Positions 11,309 through 26,469 of a stretch of DNA of 64,000 nucleotides are shown here, one piece after another (the first letter of the stretch is position 1; every line of letters begins with the position of its first letter). A program made the translations under genes and the position numbers. The notes under the pieces are model-generated. The model was not told where the DNA came from, did not search any database, and was given only the letters and a program-made list of their open reading frames with translations. Origin of the DNA: Octopus vulgaris (taxonomy: Eukaryota); NCBI GenBank assembly GCA_951406725.2, contig OX597821.1:51398001-51462000 (forward strand), written 5' to 3'.

Positions 11309-13170
11309 AAGCATGCGTGTATGTTCATATAAATGTTGGGTTTTTTTCTCGTTGTTTGTGTACTTTTTCACTTTGCTTTATTGTATTCATCGTTGTAACT
11401 TTATAGGAACATAAAAATTAACTAATGTTAGATAGACAACTCAATGAAGGGAACTATATATTCACGTTATGAAAAAGTCTCGTATTATTTCTTTGATTTA
11501 TATTCCAGACATTTAGGAACCTATTTGGAGCTTCATACGATTTTCTAGCTAATTTTTTACTAAGTCGTTTTTTATCGTTGAAATGATAAAACAGACCCAA
11601 TTCTAGACACATAAAGTTCGACGTGTATCTTTAAGTTAATCATATAAATTGTTTCGCTTGTTGTAGTTCTTCCTCTTATAAATTAGTTTTGTTTATTTTG
11701 TGAACTGCAATTCAATACACTTGTTTTTTAGTTTTCCTCTTGTAGACGTATGCTAAATGTAGCTCCAATAAAATGGCAACAATGAACTTCTCAGTTTCTG
11801 GACTTGTTATGTTTGTCATTATCTCTGTGTTCTTCATGAATTTCAAGCATCACGTACGACGCATCGATTTTTTTTACACTAAATCTTCAAACATGAGAAG
11901 GAAAAAAAATGGAAGACAATGCGATCTTAAATTTCTGTTTTCTTGGTGTCCATTATCAGGCAGTTGTGAGAAAGTAACTTCAAGTTATCCTAAAGCACAC
12001 AGTAAACATTTAGAAAAGTGTAACAGCAGTTTCGAATTGTATTTTCAATGTATATTTTAATACTGATGCAATACACAGTATCAGTTGAATGTAGCGAAAG
12101 AGTGTATCAGAGTGACTTGTAGCGAAAGGCGACAGTTGATAGAGAAACTATTACTTCTTTCATTCCTCTTTCATTCTTCGAGTTTGAATGGATCAGACAG
12201 ATGGAACTGATCCTTAAACAATTCATCGGAAGAGAACGTCATCTTGGGAGGGGAAGTATAAGTTGATCGGATTTATATTCATTTAAATGAGTGAACATTA
12301 ACAGGTTTCAATCGCCAGACTAAGAACTAATGTATACTACACACAATTAAGAGGATCACCAACAACTGATATATCTTATTTTTAGATAACATGTTTCTTA
12401 TAAGTTTGTCAGAACAGAAGAGGGTAAAACGTCATTAGACTCTAGAGTTATTATATTCAGAGCGATTATTTATCATGCTGATAAAACAGGTGTTAAAACA
12501 TGAAGAGAAGAGTAGTATTCTTACAATGAAGTATTAAATCCATTACATATTCTATCAACAGAACCTTTGGCATCTCTCCTTTAAAATGGCAGCTGAACAT
12601 TTCTCATAAATGTCAAAATGTTGTCTCAAAATATATTATTTATGAACTTATAAACTAGAATATCCAAACGCCTTATTTCATTGTTCTGTGGAGGAAATTT
12701 CATTGTAGAAACTAAAGTTCATCTTGTTTTTAGAATTCTTATAATTGTATTTATTAATAATAGACAGTTTATTCTTCCATGTCGGTAAACATTTCTGGAT
12801 TATTATCAAAATTCTTATTTTATTTTTAACTTATGTTTTCAAAGATAAAATTCATTGCATTTCCTGGAATATGTTGCTGCATATTTTCTATCGATCCTGA
12901 TCATATGTATAACATTCATATGGATATATCTATATGAATAATATATGTTTATATACATGTGTGAGAATGAGTGTGTAGGTGCATGACTTAGTGATTAGGG
13001 TGTTCCACTCATGATTGCAAGATTATAATTTCGAATACTGGACCGGGAAAGGGGTTGTGTCGCTGAGCTTAGCCCTCCATTTCACGTTGGTCCACTACAA
13101 CCAGTCGGCAAAAATGAATTCAATTCTCTCTCTCACTATATATATATAGTGAGAGAGAGAGAGGCAGACA

Positions 13171-13690
<520 letters not shown>

Positions 13691-14984
13691 CACAAGTTTG
13701 TCTAAGGGCTTAGGAACTTCGGTTTGCAGCCACATATTTTGGGATCGAATTAGAAGACCCGAAACATTTGAGATGCCGAAATTCTAAAGTTAAATGTTTT
13801 AACTGTTGCTAGCAAAGTCCACAGACTTTATAATTTGAGAAATGTATGAAATTACTGTATTATAAATATATGTACGAATATATACATGCATGTGTACAAG
13901 AGAGAAAAAGTGAAGTTTATAGTGAGAGAAAGATGGACAGAGAGGAAAAAAGGAGTAAACTGATAGGAAAAAATAGAAAAAAATGAAGAATAATGGAAGA
14001 TAAGCACGGTTGCTATAGAAAAATGAAAGGAAGAGAGGAAGAAAAGGAGAGACGCCTAGTTGGATAGAGAGAGAACATAAGTGGGGTGGAGAAAGTAATT
14101 CGTTGAAGCATGACTAGAAGTAAATGTAGTATGAGAAGCACTTTGGTATACTGTTGATTCTCTCGTGTAAGCAGCAAGAACATTCGTTGTTGATCTTTGT
14201 TTTACTTTCCAAATTATTTGATTTTTATATCTTAGTATATTAATTTTTTTTTATTTAGAAAAAGATTACGGATATTATGTTCAATCATGTTTTACTTAGA
14301 ATAACTCATTTGTGTTGCTTCACTGTAAATATACCTGTTAGAAATCGTCAAGAGTTATAACATTCTTTCAATCGACTGTAACTATCACATTTCAGATTTT
14401 TACGAGTCACAATTTTTAGAACTTGTGATTATGTAAGTTTTATAAAGCTAACTACAGTAATAAATTATGATAATGCGATATGGTAATGTTATATTTGATT
14501 GATTTTTTGTTTTACAAGTTTAATGCATGATATCATTCCGTATATAATGCTCTGTCTGATTTTATCGAGCAGTGCCAACTCCGTCTTTCATGTTGGAATT
14601 ATTGGTGCAATAAGTATTAAAACTAGATGCAGATACGATCAAGTCTTCTATAATTTGACAAAAATACACACTGCAAATTTCTTACCATAGTTTTACTAAT
14701 GAGAACATATAAACTGACGCAGATAAAAATCACTTAATATGGTTTGATACAAACGGAATTATTTAATGGTTCTCAATCAGAATTGATTCATTCTCATGAG
14801 TGCGGACAGATTATTATCTACTATTGGTTTCACTTCTCATTCTTTGACAATAATGAAAAAGATAACGCCCGTAATATAATATAGCTATGTGCCTACTAAC
14901 ACACGGCTTCGGTATGAAATAGTGCCATGGACATTTAGACGTGTATGACGGGAAATCAAATATATATTGCAGCGTGCTTCACAA

Positions 14985-16041
14985 AAGCGTGGCTCTGGAT
15001 TCGATACACTGCACTGCAAAAAAAAATTCGTATATCGTATTCGAGTCTAAAGTCGAAGCGACTCAAAACATACATTCAGTTTATGAGAAAGAATGCTTGA
15101 ATGAAAGAACTTGCAGAAGTTGGTTTGCAAAATCCAGAAGTGGAGATTTCAGCCTTGAAGATGAAGATCGAACAGGAGTCCAGTTGAGTTTGATGATAAG
15201 CTCCTTGAGGTATTACTTGAAGAAAATTATGTATTATCAGTTGAATAATGCTTAGTTCAAACCATACAACTCTTCATCGTCCTTTTCAACAACTTGGAAA
15301 GATTCCTAAAGTTTGAAAATGGGTGCCTCATGAATTGTCCCAAAGCAACCTCAAATCCGCAGTTGACATCTGCTCTTCACTCCGTTCTCGCGAACTCATT
15401 TCACCCTTTTTGGATAGACTTTGGACTGGTGATGAAAAATGGATCTTTTATCGAATGTTAAACGTCGTTAACAGTGGCTTGGTAAAAAGGAAAAAAGCTC
15501 AAACACAACCGAGAAGGGAACTTCATAGGGAAAAGGTTCTTCTCTCTATCTGGTGGGATTGCAAAGGAGTAATTCTCTTTGAATTGTTAACACCTAATGC
15601 AACAATCAATGCTCAAGTCAACTGTCAGCAATTAGAGCTTTTGAACCAAGCTTTGAAGAAGAAAAGACCCGCTTTAGTGAATCGAAATGAAGTGACGATT
15701 CATCAGGACAATGCGCAACCCAACACTGCAAAGATCACATCAAGAAAATCGAAGAGCTTGGTTGGGAAAAATTCACCATCCACCTTATTTATCTGACCTT
15801 GCTCCTTCAGACTACTATTTACTTCGTAGTTTACAGATCATTTGGGGGACAACTTTCGCCAGGAGGTGGTCGAAACTGACATTTCAGAATTCTTCGATTT
15901 GAAACCAAAAGAATTTTACATTGATGTGACTAAAAAGCGTGTAAATAGATGGAAAGAAGTAGATGATTAACTTTCAATTAAATATAACATTTGATCACTT
16001 GTTTTCTTTATTCAAAATACGGACAGAACATACGGGATGAC

Positions 16042-16044
<3 letters not shown>
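14985..16044 (+). mobile_element. Mariner (Tc1/mariner DD34D) transposon relic
   Basis: Frameshifted transposase: WFAKSRSGDFSLEDEDR, WVPHEL, TGDEKWIFY, KVLLSIWWDCKGVI.FELL, HQDNA, HPPYLSDLAPSDYYL. The right TIR ...GGACAGAACATACGGGATGACCTGA-TA runs into (TA)n. Left TIR not recognised. Confidence 0.92.
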
Positions 16045-16084
<40 letters not shown>

Positions 16085-16087
<3 letters not shown>

Positions 16088-16288
16088 GGTCCCGGGTTAA
16101 TTCGGGGTTAACCACAGTAAGTAAGGTACTCAATACATAGCAGAGTAAAATTAATTTATTATATAGAAGGAGCTTCTACAGGACTAGTACTGTTTCATTC
16201 AAGAGAAATCTTCAGGAAGCTCCTGAAGCTTCCTGAAGATTTCTCTTGAATGAAACAGTACTAGTCCTGTAGAAGCTCCTTCTATATA

Positions 16289-16294
<6 letters not shown>
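16085..16294. mobile_element. Minimal HHR fold-back element (perfect IR 16154-16221 / 16227-16294, tail 16085-16153) in (TA)n
   Basis: 68-bp perfect inverted repeat with a 5-nt spacer. The tail lies outside the IR, and there is (TA)n on both sides. Confidence 0.8.
16227..16277 (+). ncRNA. Type I hammerhead ribozyme with intact core (identical copy 16171-16221 on minus strand)
   Basis: AGCTTC-CTGAAGA-tTTC tctt GAAt-GAA-ACAG tactagtc CTGT-A-GAAGCT: 6-bp stem I, 4-bp stem III, GUA triplet (cleavage after 16271). Stem II is short, with a T.T closing mismatch. Confidence 0.8.
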
Positions 16295-16336
<42 letters not shown>

Positions 16337-16543
16337 ATGAATATATACGTGTATATATATGTATGTATATATATGTATGTGTGTCTGTGTGTGTATGTAT
16401 ACCGTGTTACACAAATGTCGATTTCACCTTTCGATCGGCGTCGATAGAATTAATAGCAGATAAAGTAGCAGACTCGATAAAATCAACAACTAAGAATAAA
16501 TACCAAAAATGACTGAAATCGGAAAATTGAAACTCATAGAAGA

Positions 16544-16575
<32 letters not shown>

Positions 16576-17185
16576 GCATAATATATACATATATATCTCC
16601 GTATATATGTATAGAGATAAATAACACTGGAACGTGATTAATAACAGAATTATATCGTGTGGACATGTATGCGACCTCCGTCTTAATTTAAATATCTTAT
16701 ATTGCAAGAACAGGAACGCATAAAACCATGTTCAACTGAGTGTTCATTCTGTTCAACGGTCGCTTGGCATCGATTATGGAAATCCATAAATCAGATATAC
16801 TTGAATGATTTAGTTTGGCCAGTAAAGACCGGTTCAGACAGTTCTATAAGATGTTCATATTTTACGGTTGTATTTTCTGACACATTTCGCTCTATTAAAG
16901 ATAACCTTGACTAATGAGACTACAGCTAAATTACATTCGACATCACTATAAATAGTGTGTACTTCAATTTATTGCTAATGTTATTGTAGTCATAAAAATA
17001 TTTAGATAATTTTCATTTTGAGCAGAAATATTTAATTAGAAAATATGCATGCACGAGGTATTACGGAAAAGTCTACACGAATTCATTTTTGGGTAGCTTA
17101 GAAGTGAGGAATGTGGTGTAGTTTCAGGCAATATAATTTGAAAATGCAGCAGAGACACACATATATGTTATATACACACATACAT

Positions 17186-17227
<42 letters not shown>

Positions 17228-18074
17228 GTAAGTATAACTCCAAACTTACAGGGGAAAATTCAATTTAGTATTAAATCAAGTTTCACAATATACATATATA
17301 ATATATATAAATTTATTTTATTTGTACGTAGTCTTTTTCCTTATTATATAATGTTTATTCATTTTTTGTACTTTTTTTATCTAGATATATGTATTATAAT
17401 ATATTTTATTTTTCTATATGATATGGTTTATGTCTATCACTGTTTGAATTACATAATAGTGGTTTTTCTCTAATTTATATTATATGATTATTAATAAGAA
17501 AACTTTTACTGTTACAATTTATTCATTCTGAAAAATGTAGGGGATAAAATGCTAAAAGAATGAAAATAAGTAACAGAATAATTGCTTGTTTTCAAATGAC
17601 TTTGTTAATGCTTTTGCGCTCCTGATAATCCGTGGTTAATCAAACATATGACTAAAAGTTGTATAGCTGCGCCATTCCTTCTTTTTACGTAATATAAAAT
17701 ACATTACACTATATCATGTTCCACGTTGAAGGTGAAAAAGGATGATCTGGCTACACATTTTAATGAGTGATATCGTTTGATTCCAAGATTATTTTGAGAA
17801 GTGTTTAAAGTGATGTTACCAGAAATATTCGAAGTTTGGCTTTCATCTGTAAGTCGTACATTCAGCTAATTTAGTCAATATGCAATGCAGGTTTAATTTC
17901 TGGTTACAGCGTCATACTCAGTCGATATTCATATAGTTGTCTACTGTAAAATCTGAAACGTATTGACAAGATTCTCAGCAACACATCTGTTTTCTTTTTT
18001 AAAATTCTTTTTTTTTTTTTTGTATTTATATCAAATGCTTAATAAACATAGTCTCATAAAATATTGGAATGCAA

Positions 18075-18284
18075 GACGTCGAGGAAACCCAAAAGACTGC
18101 GTCGAGGCAGCTGGTCGCTATCTCTAAAATGAAGTTCCAGGAATGCTTCCATCAATGGAAAAGACGCTCGATAAAGTATGTGGCTTTAGAAGGAAATTCC
18201 TTCGAATGAGATTAATTGCCGAATATGTGTTGTAGTTTTCTTTGCCTATCACCAGTCCCCGATACTTGTAGATCAGACCTCGTA
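18075..18284 (+). mobile_element. Mariner 3'-end fragment with TIR
   Basis: DVEETQKTASRQLVAISKMKFQECFHQWKRRSIKYVALEGNSFE (mariner C-terminus), then TIR-like ...GATCAGACCTCG-TA. Confidence 0.8.
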
Positions 18285-18303
18285 TTTCTTTGTGCGTGTG
18301 TGC

Positions 18304-18364
<61 letters not shown>

Positions 18365-18839
18365 CACACACACACCGGAGTTAGAGCAGTACATATGTTC
18401 TATGGTTTTTTTTTTCTTTTTGCAAATGAACACGTAACTGATGCAGGATGGTGGGAAATTTATACTGAAACCACAGATCTGACACGAAGAAGAAACTGTT
18501 GGGTCACGGCTGGATATCACGTGATTAAATGACCTACTTGATCAGTAATGATCTGAAACAAGGCAACAACGTCGTCACCACCATCACCTTAGCATCAACA
18601 AATACAGGGGCATCAACAACAATGATTTTTTTAAATGGTGTTTTACAGCATGTAACTTTTACCTAATGTTATTTGTTGTTGTTTGCGTTGCTAGAGGTGG
18701 TGGTGGTAGTTCTGTATTTCAATACACCAAAGTTGTTATCCAAAGAGAGGGAATTGTTTCTGAATTACTGTTCTCATAACAAAATATCAGGTCGCATGAC
18801 TGACCTTTGTTATAGAATCTAGCTCTCGATAAACATCGC

Positions 18840-18913
<74 letters not shown>

Positions 18914-18970
18914 TGTTTGTGTGTGTACACATAGCTATACACACACACACATATATATATATACATACAG

Positions 18971-19021
<51 letters not shown>

Positions 19022-19879
19022 GATGTATTAAAATAGAATGCACAGAAGAAGCACTACAGTTTCCAACAATACACATTTTTACTGTTAGGAAAAAAAGGAA
19101 ATTTGTTTCTTAAAAAAACATGTTGGCATCTCCTCAATGGCAAAAAATTGCTCTTACACTTTTATTTGATTCTGTTTTATTTCATAAAATACTTTCTCGC
19201 AACAAACATCAATACAAACATAGAATTCGAGAAGAAATCGAAGCTATAATTACGTGCCATTGTGCATGAATGTGAGAGTGTATGACGCAGAAAGAATACT
19301 AAGATGCAGATGTTTGTGAGTTTGTGTGTGTATTTGTGTAGTTGTTTGTGTGTCTAATTCTATCGATCATTCAATTAATGTGTGCTTTACTATTATATCC
19401 ATCTCTTTAATTTGCCAGCGTTTCTAGACCGTCTATTTCCTGACCCATTGCGCTGTTTCTACTTGCGGTAAAAAAAGAAAAATGAACCAAAAGCTACAGG
19501 AGGCTAACAGAATAAACTTTCATTCACTCTCAGAGAAAACAACAACAAACACCTATATTGACATTGATTCCAGGGATGTGTATTTTTAAAGCATGAGAAA
19601 TAATTGTTAGATGCGTTGAGAGCAGGAAAAGTTATGAATTCATAAAATCGAAAACACATACGTATACATGCACACATACGCATACACACACTCATGTACA
19701 CATGTACATATATATTGGTCTCAAATTTTGGAACAAGGCCAGCAGTTTTGGGGGAGGGGTGACACTATTACTCAAATTGTTCTTATTTTATCGACCCCGA
19801 AAGAATGAAAGGATATCAACCCCGGCGATATTTGAACTGAGTACTGTAAAGTATGAATATACATAGATACATACATACA

Positions 19880-19928
<49 letters not shown>

Positions 19929-20225
19929 TGGTTTCAAAATTTGGCACAGGGCCAGCAGGTTTAGAAAATGGGATAAATCGATTAAATCGTCACCGGTGTT
20001 CGAATGGTATTTATTTTCTTGAACGGCAGAGGATCAAAGGCAAACTTGACCCCTGCGGAATTTGAACGCAAAACTCAAAACGCGAAATGCACGAAGAGCA
20101 TTTTGCCCGGCAAAGTAACGATTCTAACTATAAGGTGCCTTCAAATATATGTATATATATATTGAAAGACAAACTTGGTTTCTATCTCTGATTGTGTCTA
20201 AATATATAAGTGTATCTGTGGGTAA

Positions 20226-20314
<89 letters not shown>

Positions 20315-22489
20315 CATGTGTGTGTGTATGTGTGTGTTTATGTTTCGCTCTTATTTTAATTGTCTGAATTCTAACCCAGAAACAAAGCTCCATCGTGGGA
20401 ATTTGAATAAAAAACAACAAAAAAGCATTAAATGTTACTCGCTGAACTTTAGAGAAGTCTATTTATTTGTCCTGTTCCTAAACTGTCTATTAGCTGTATT
20501 CCTAAACCGTCTATTAGCTGTCAGTTTCTTTTTTTCTTTTCTCACTTTTTCCAAAATTGTCACTTGAACATTTACTAATCTAACGATATGCAGCAATATT
20601 ATTTAGTATAAATGTGACATTATCAACAGAGAGATACCACGGATGCCAAAACAGTTGTCTATAAGTATTTTCTTTCTGAATGAATGTGGAAGAACTGTTT
20701 ACATCTGATAGTTATAATTCCTCGTTTCTATCCAAAACACGACATCAAATTTGTTATATTTGCGCTTGGCAGATATTTCGATGGAAATATTTCACAAATA
20801 TTCTCTTGTGTAGGCAATCAATAACAGAAGTACTGTATCTATCCCACATTAGTCTCTCATTGGACGGCAATATATATTTTACCCAAACAATAAAAAGGAG
20901 GAAAGAGAAATCATGCTGGAATAAGTTATAGTAAATTGATGACTTTTTCAGTAGCATCTGTATTTTGACATAATCCATACTTGAAGGTTACTCCTTGAGA
21001 GATAAACAACTTCACTGCAACTTTTGTGAATTAAGTATTAACTATCATATGCGTCTTTTATTCAAAAGCATACCCTTCGAAATGTGACGTAATATAATGA
21101 TCACAAGTGGAAAAGCCGGAGAGACATGCCCATGCATAAAAATTTTACTGAATATAGTTTTTTTCTACCATGATTTGCGTTGAGGTACGCAATTCTAGAG
21201 TCGCATTATGCGGTGGACATCCCGAAAAGATTATAAATGAATAAATATTTTCTCAATTATATCCAATAAAAAAATTAATTAACAAAAGCAATATTCATCT
21301 GAATTATAACTGATTCATCAGCATATAAAAACTTATCCCTTTGAAAAACTAAGCTGACTAACAGTGTTTGACTTGCATATAAAGAATAACAAATGTCTGC
21401 GCATTAATAGGCCACGAAAACGCTGTATACTAACTCTCTACAGAACACCATATGTAAACATTATGTTGGCAAAATGGAAAGTAAATTCAAATAAAGATAT
21501 TTTCAACACACATTTTCTTCAGCAATATAAACAAAACATTCGTAATAAAATTTTCCACTAATATCTGGATGTAAAATGAAAAATATAAACAATTTTGAGT
21601 GTTCTGTATCATAGCAGATGATGTTCGCAAGTACGACTAGTTAACAAAAGTCTGCTGTGAGATGGGTACAACGAACCACGGCCTGGTTAAATTAAATAAT
21701 ATAGAGACTATTTGCCAGAAGAACCTACACTCATCATAAACCGACAAATTTCAAAAGGTCATCATGGGATTAACCAAAGGAAATAACCTACTCATAAATA
21801 TTTGTACTAATATGTACTGCGAGAATGCATTATATCAGTATATACAGCAACTTAAATCACATTAGAAAATATTAGTTTCAAATTTGGTCACAAGGCCAGC
21901 AATCTCGGGGAAGGGGTAAGTTAGAATGTAAAGGCGAACGAACTGCCGCTAACCTTTTTGCCCGGTCGGTGCAGTAATGCCAGCTCGCCGACCTGCACGT
22001 TAGAAAATATTCCATTATAATCATCATCGAAAACAAAATTCATAAGAAACCGTGAGAGATATGCTCGTCCAAAGGTTGTGCGTCATGACCCAGCATTACC
22101 CTGGGAAATTCCTGAATTTGAAAATTTAAGCCACAATGAGACTATATAACTTAAGAGAACATATAAAATATTTTACAATAATTTCTTTCTATTACTTTCA
22201 GTTTATTCAACATCCAAACTATAATCAAATCTATCTATCTATCTGTATGTATGTATGTATGTACGTATGTATGCACATATATTTATATATATGTAAACTA
22301 GTTATTTCAAAAGGTCTAGCTCTCAAGTTGGCTAGCGTATCTCTAAATATCTATATTGGTATGCATGTACTCACGTACGAATGTATATATATATGTACAT
22401 ACATACATGCATAGGTATATACAAACATACATACATAAATACATACACATACACACAAACACGCGCGCACACACACACTCATATATATA

Positions 22490-23820
22490 ACTGAAACAAG
22501 TCTTAAGGAAAAAGGACCTCACGTGGTGTAATTAAATGAAAAGTAAAAAGAAACAATGAAAATACGTATTGGTATGATGGACATGGTTTTTTTGAAAAAA
22601 AAACAAGTATAAATACAAACGAGTTGAAGTTATATTAAGATGTATAAAAACCATTTAGAAAGTCATACCGGTTTCGCTAGAAGTGGTCACTAATTGTGAA
22701 TCGACACCGGTTGTCAAGCAGTGTTGGGTATAAAAAAGCATACACCTAAATGAAAAAATTAGATGCAAGGGAAGTAAACAGTTCTAAAAGGGATGTAGAT
22801 ACGATCACTAAAATTTGAAGTAGTATTTGAGATATATGAGGATTAGTGATATTAGTGATATTAGTAAGGTTTGTAGTGTCCTGTATTGTGTTGTGTGTTC
22901 ATAATAAGTTGTTGTTTATTTATCAATTAAAGTTACCTCTTTGTTACACTGAGGCATCCTGGAGTTTTGATAAAAAGTGGAAGTTCAGCTTGAGGTTCGT
23001 AGCACTTCTATGGATGTGTTCACAGACCTGCACCTATCTATATGGTGCGAAACGGATTTGTTCCCTGTGGACTATTGTTCTTCCTCTGCGGGACATTCGT
23101 GTTTGGCCTATATAATGATTCCCACAACCTAAGCTGGTAATAACATAGATTAGTTTTTCAGAGGCACTAGCGAAATTTGACTTTATTTTAAATATTTTAT
23201 CGTGTTTAAAGTGAAATTCTGACCCCCCCCCAAAAAGGGTAGGTGCATGTGTCAGTTAGGACGCCTGCATTTCTCCATTTTTGGTTCCGTTGTCAGGGTA
23301 TATAATTTTGTGCTGGTTAATATTCTTTTCAATGATTTCGGTTGTATTTTGCTTTTGATCAATTGGTGTGAGCCCAATATTTTGTTCATTGTGTTATCTC
23401 TACTTAGAATAGGTAGAGATTGGATGATGATGGTGAATGCCTCACTGTTTCTGGGGTTGTGTGTGGAAATGCAGAGACATACTTTAAATCTGTTGTGACA
23501 TTTTGGTTGACTTACCTTAATGTCTGTGTCTATTTTCTTTGCTTGTTTGATCCCATTATCCACTAATGATTTGGAGTAATGTCTCATGATTAGTGTTGAT
23601 TTAAGTATACCAAGTCTTAGTTCACGAGCATTGGTATCTGAGATTATGGTACAGATTCTTTTCGCTAGATTATAGGGTATATTAATTTTTATGTATTTGG
23701 GGTGGCATGAGTTAAATAACAGGTATTGTTTTGAATCTCTAGGTTTATAAAAGATGTTCGGTTCAATGTGATTATTGACTATTTTAAATAGGATGTCGAG
23801 AAAAGGTAATTGTTTATTGC
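22490..23820 (-). pseudogene. Decayed Penelope-like element (RT thumb + GIY-YIG)
   Basis: Minus-strand frames give FYKPRDSKQYLLFNSCHPKYIKINIPYNLAKRICTIISD, THNPRN, KSKIQPKSLKRILT and LIYVITSLGCGNHYIGQT..R...HREQI, with stops and frameshifts. The 3' half of an HHR (GAAACCGGTA) lies near 22670. Confidence 0.85.
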
Positions 23821-23901
23821 ATATATATGTATGTATGTATATATATATATATATGTTTGTATCTATGTGTGTACGTTTATATATATGTGCGCGTATTTAT
23901 G

Positions 23902-23946
<45 letters not shown>

Positions 23947-23970
23947 GTATGTATGCATATATACATATCA

Positions 23971-24385
23971 TTGATTAAAAAACAGAAAAGACAAGAAAAA
24001 CAACAACGTAAGGACGTGCCACGTGCACAGTATTAACAAGACGCTCCGAGAAGAAAAGAGTGGTTGTTTAACGCTTCGAGCATAGCTCTTCTTCTGAAAC
24101 AAGAGGCACAGGAAAGTCCAAAAGAAAGGAAGAAGAGCTATGGTCGAAACGTAGAACAATCAGTCTTTGCTTCTCTGAGCGTATTATTAGTACATTGACG
24201 TGCTACGTCCTTGCGTTGTTTTTTCATGTCTTTTCCCCCCCGTTTTTTAATCAACTATTTACTGCACGCTCACATGAACCGCCATCCCGCCGACTTGCTT
24301 TGGATTACCTAATTCGTGGTTTCTTTCTTTTATCGGATTACATCAACTGATTCATTCGGAGTACACCATTTCTGCACCTTTATTT
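23971..24385 (+). mobile_element. Older HHR fold-back element (IR 23971-24254 + tail), with HHR remnants at 24064-24102 (-) and 24128-24159 (+)
   Basis: Diverged inverted arms. Minus strand: TTGTTT-CAGAAGAA-GAGC tat GCTC-GAAGCGTT-AAACAA. Plus strand: GAAGAA-GAGC tat GGTC-GAAACGTA-gaacaa. Confidence 0.7.
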
Positions 24386-24454
24386 TATATATATATATAT
24401 ATTGTAAAGTGTGTCTCAGTCTCTCTCCCTACATATATATATATATATATATAG

Positions 24455-24845
24455 TAGCGTCTATTTGCCATCACAATGTGGCAGTTCTAAGCAGGAGGAT
24501 GGTACTACATTTTAGCCCCAGGAAAATATCGTTCCTGCTGGATGCCGACACATTGTCTGTGTCCGTATACTGTGAGCAAGGGAGTTCATTGCTCCGTGTG
24601 TATCTGAATGTATTCTTTTATGTATATTTTTATACTGATAAAGATTTCAGTCATTGGAAAGCGGTCATTCTGGAGCAGAAGCTTGGAGTATTTTAGTTAC
24701 ACGAATCGTCCTCAGTGCTTATATTTTTAAGCCTAGTACCTATTCCTTCGGACTCGCTTGAGACGGCTAGAATAAGTATCGGTGGACTCAACCCAGAACA
24801 ATGGGGGCGGGACGCACACTTTTTACCACACATCCACGACTGCGT
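24455..24845 (-). mobile_element. Diverged relative of the 4937-5453 element arm
   Basis: gcgtctatttgccat...ggatggtact...tagccccaggaaa...ctgctgg..gacaca aligns by eye with 4937-5040. CTGAGGA remnant on the minus strand near 24710. Confidence 0.5.
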
Positions 24846-25165
24846 CAACCCCCCCACACACACACACATATATATACATACACACATACATACATACACA
24901 CACAGAGATATATATGTGTGTGTAGTTGTGTGTGTATGTATGCCTGCATGTTAATAAATATACAGACACATCCATATATACATTCTATATATATACATTC
25001 TATATATATACATGTACATAACCGCACATAGACACAAATACATGCACGCGCACAGACATACAGTCACTCACATAACCGCACATAGACACAAATATATACA
25101 GAGAGAAATGGGCGGAAAAAATACTCATAGAGAGAAATAGAGAGCGAGAAAGAAAGAAGGAAGGA

Positions 25166-25204
<39 letters not shown>

Positions 25205-26469
25205 TAGGAGAGATAATGTTCATCAGAGTGAAACAAAAATAACATGAATGAGAAAGTGCAATTTAATTTCCATAGAAATTATAACCTTACTGAAGTAAAA
25301 ATTATAGAGAGAAAGAAAAATACATTTACATACAAAATATAGCTTCGCATTAGGCACCAGCTTGTATATGAACCCAGAACTGTAATAGAAACAAAAGCCA
25401 TAAAATATAAGAGAATAAAAAATTAAAACATATACGATATCACGTTAGTTTCGGTGAAATGTGAGAGAAGCCATTAGGACAATGCCGTATTATAAGACGT
25501 TGCTGATAACATAAGCTGCTTGGATTAAGAGTCATTTCACTAATGTGTATTAGGATTTCTTTCGGAAAACAGATATATGGTGTATTGGATTTGGGTCTTT
25601 CAATCTTCTCTCATACTGCGTAAATCTAACAGTATTTAATCATTAAATAATCACATCTACGCTGTTTATGCTTAAAATAGAAATATAATATATTTTATGG
25701 CTGCTTTTTTATTTCGTTCCTCTCTCACAGTTTGAATGCATGTGTATGTATATATATATATATATATATACATACATACATACATACATACATACACATA
25801 TATATATGCATATAATATGCATGTATATATACTTATATATGCATGTATATACATATATATATACATATTTATATCCATCTATATACATACATATATGCAT
25901 ATAAATACAAATATATATATATATATATATACGCATATATATATATACACACAGATATATACATATATATATATGTATATATAAATATATATACATACAT
26001 ACGCATACGGACATGACACACGCGCACGCTTGCACACGCACATGCATATATAGTTTACTGTCCCGTTAATTAAAGATCAGCAGAAAAAGTACCCCATCTC
26101 GTGGGAGATAAATATTAATTGACGTACACTGTATTCAAATAACAGCTACTAATAATTTCTCGCCGTGAAGATACGTAGCGAGACAGGTTTTTATAATGTG
26201 CCTTTTGCCTCCAAGCAATCTGTGGGATCTGAGCACATTGTTCTATAAGATACTATGAGATCGGTACATGAGAAACCACAAGAAAAATCGAGAAGGTTGA
26301 TGCAAAAAGTGGAATGATGAAATTAAGTGTAAATAAAAACCAAAAAGCAAAAATATTACGCCCCCTTTCACCGTAGACGTCATGATTATGATTCATAGAA
26401 GATCCAATGTCTGCGAGACAGTTGCTCAGTCCGGAGATGGTAGTGTCCTTCATTTCATCAATGTCGACA

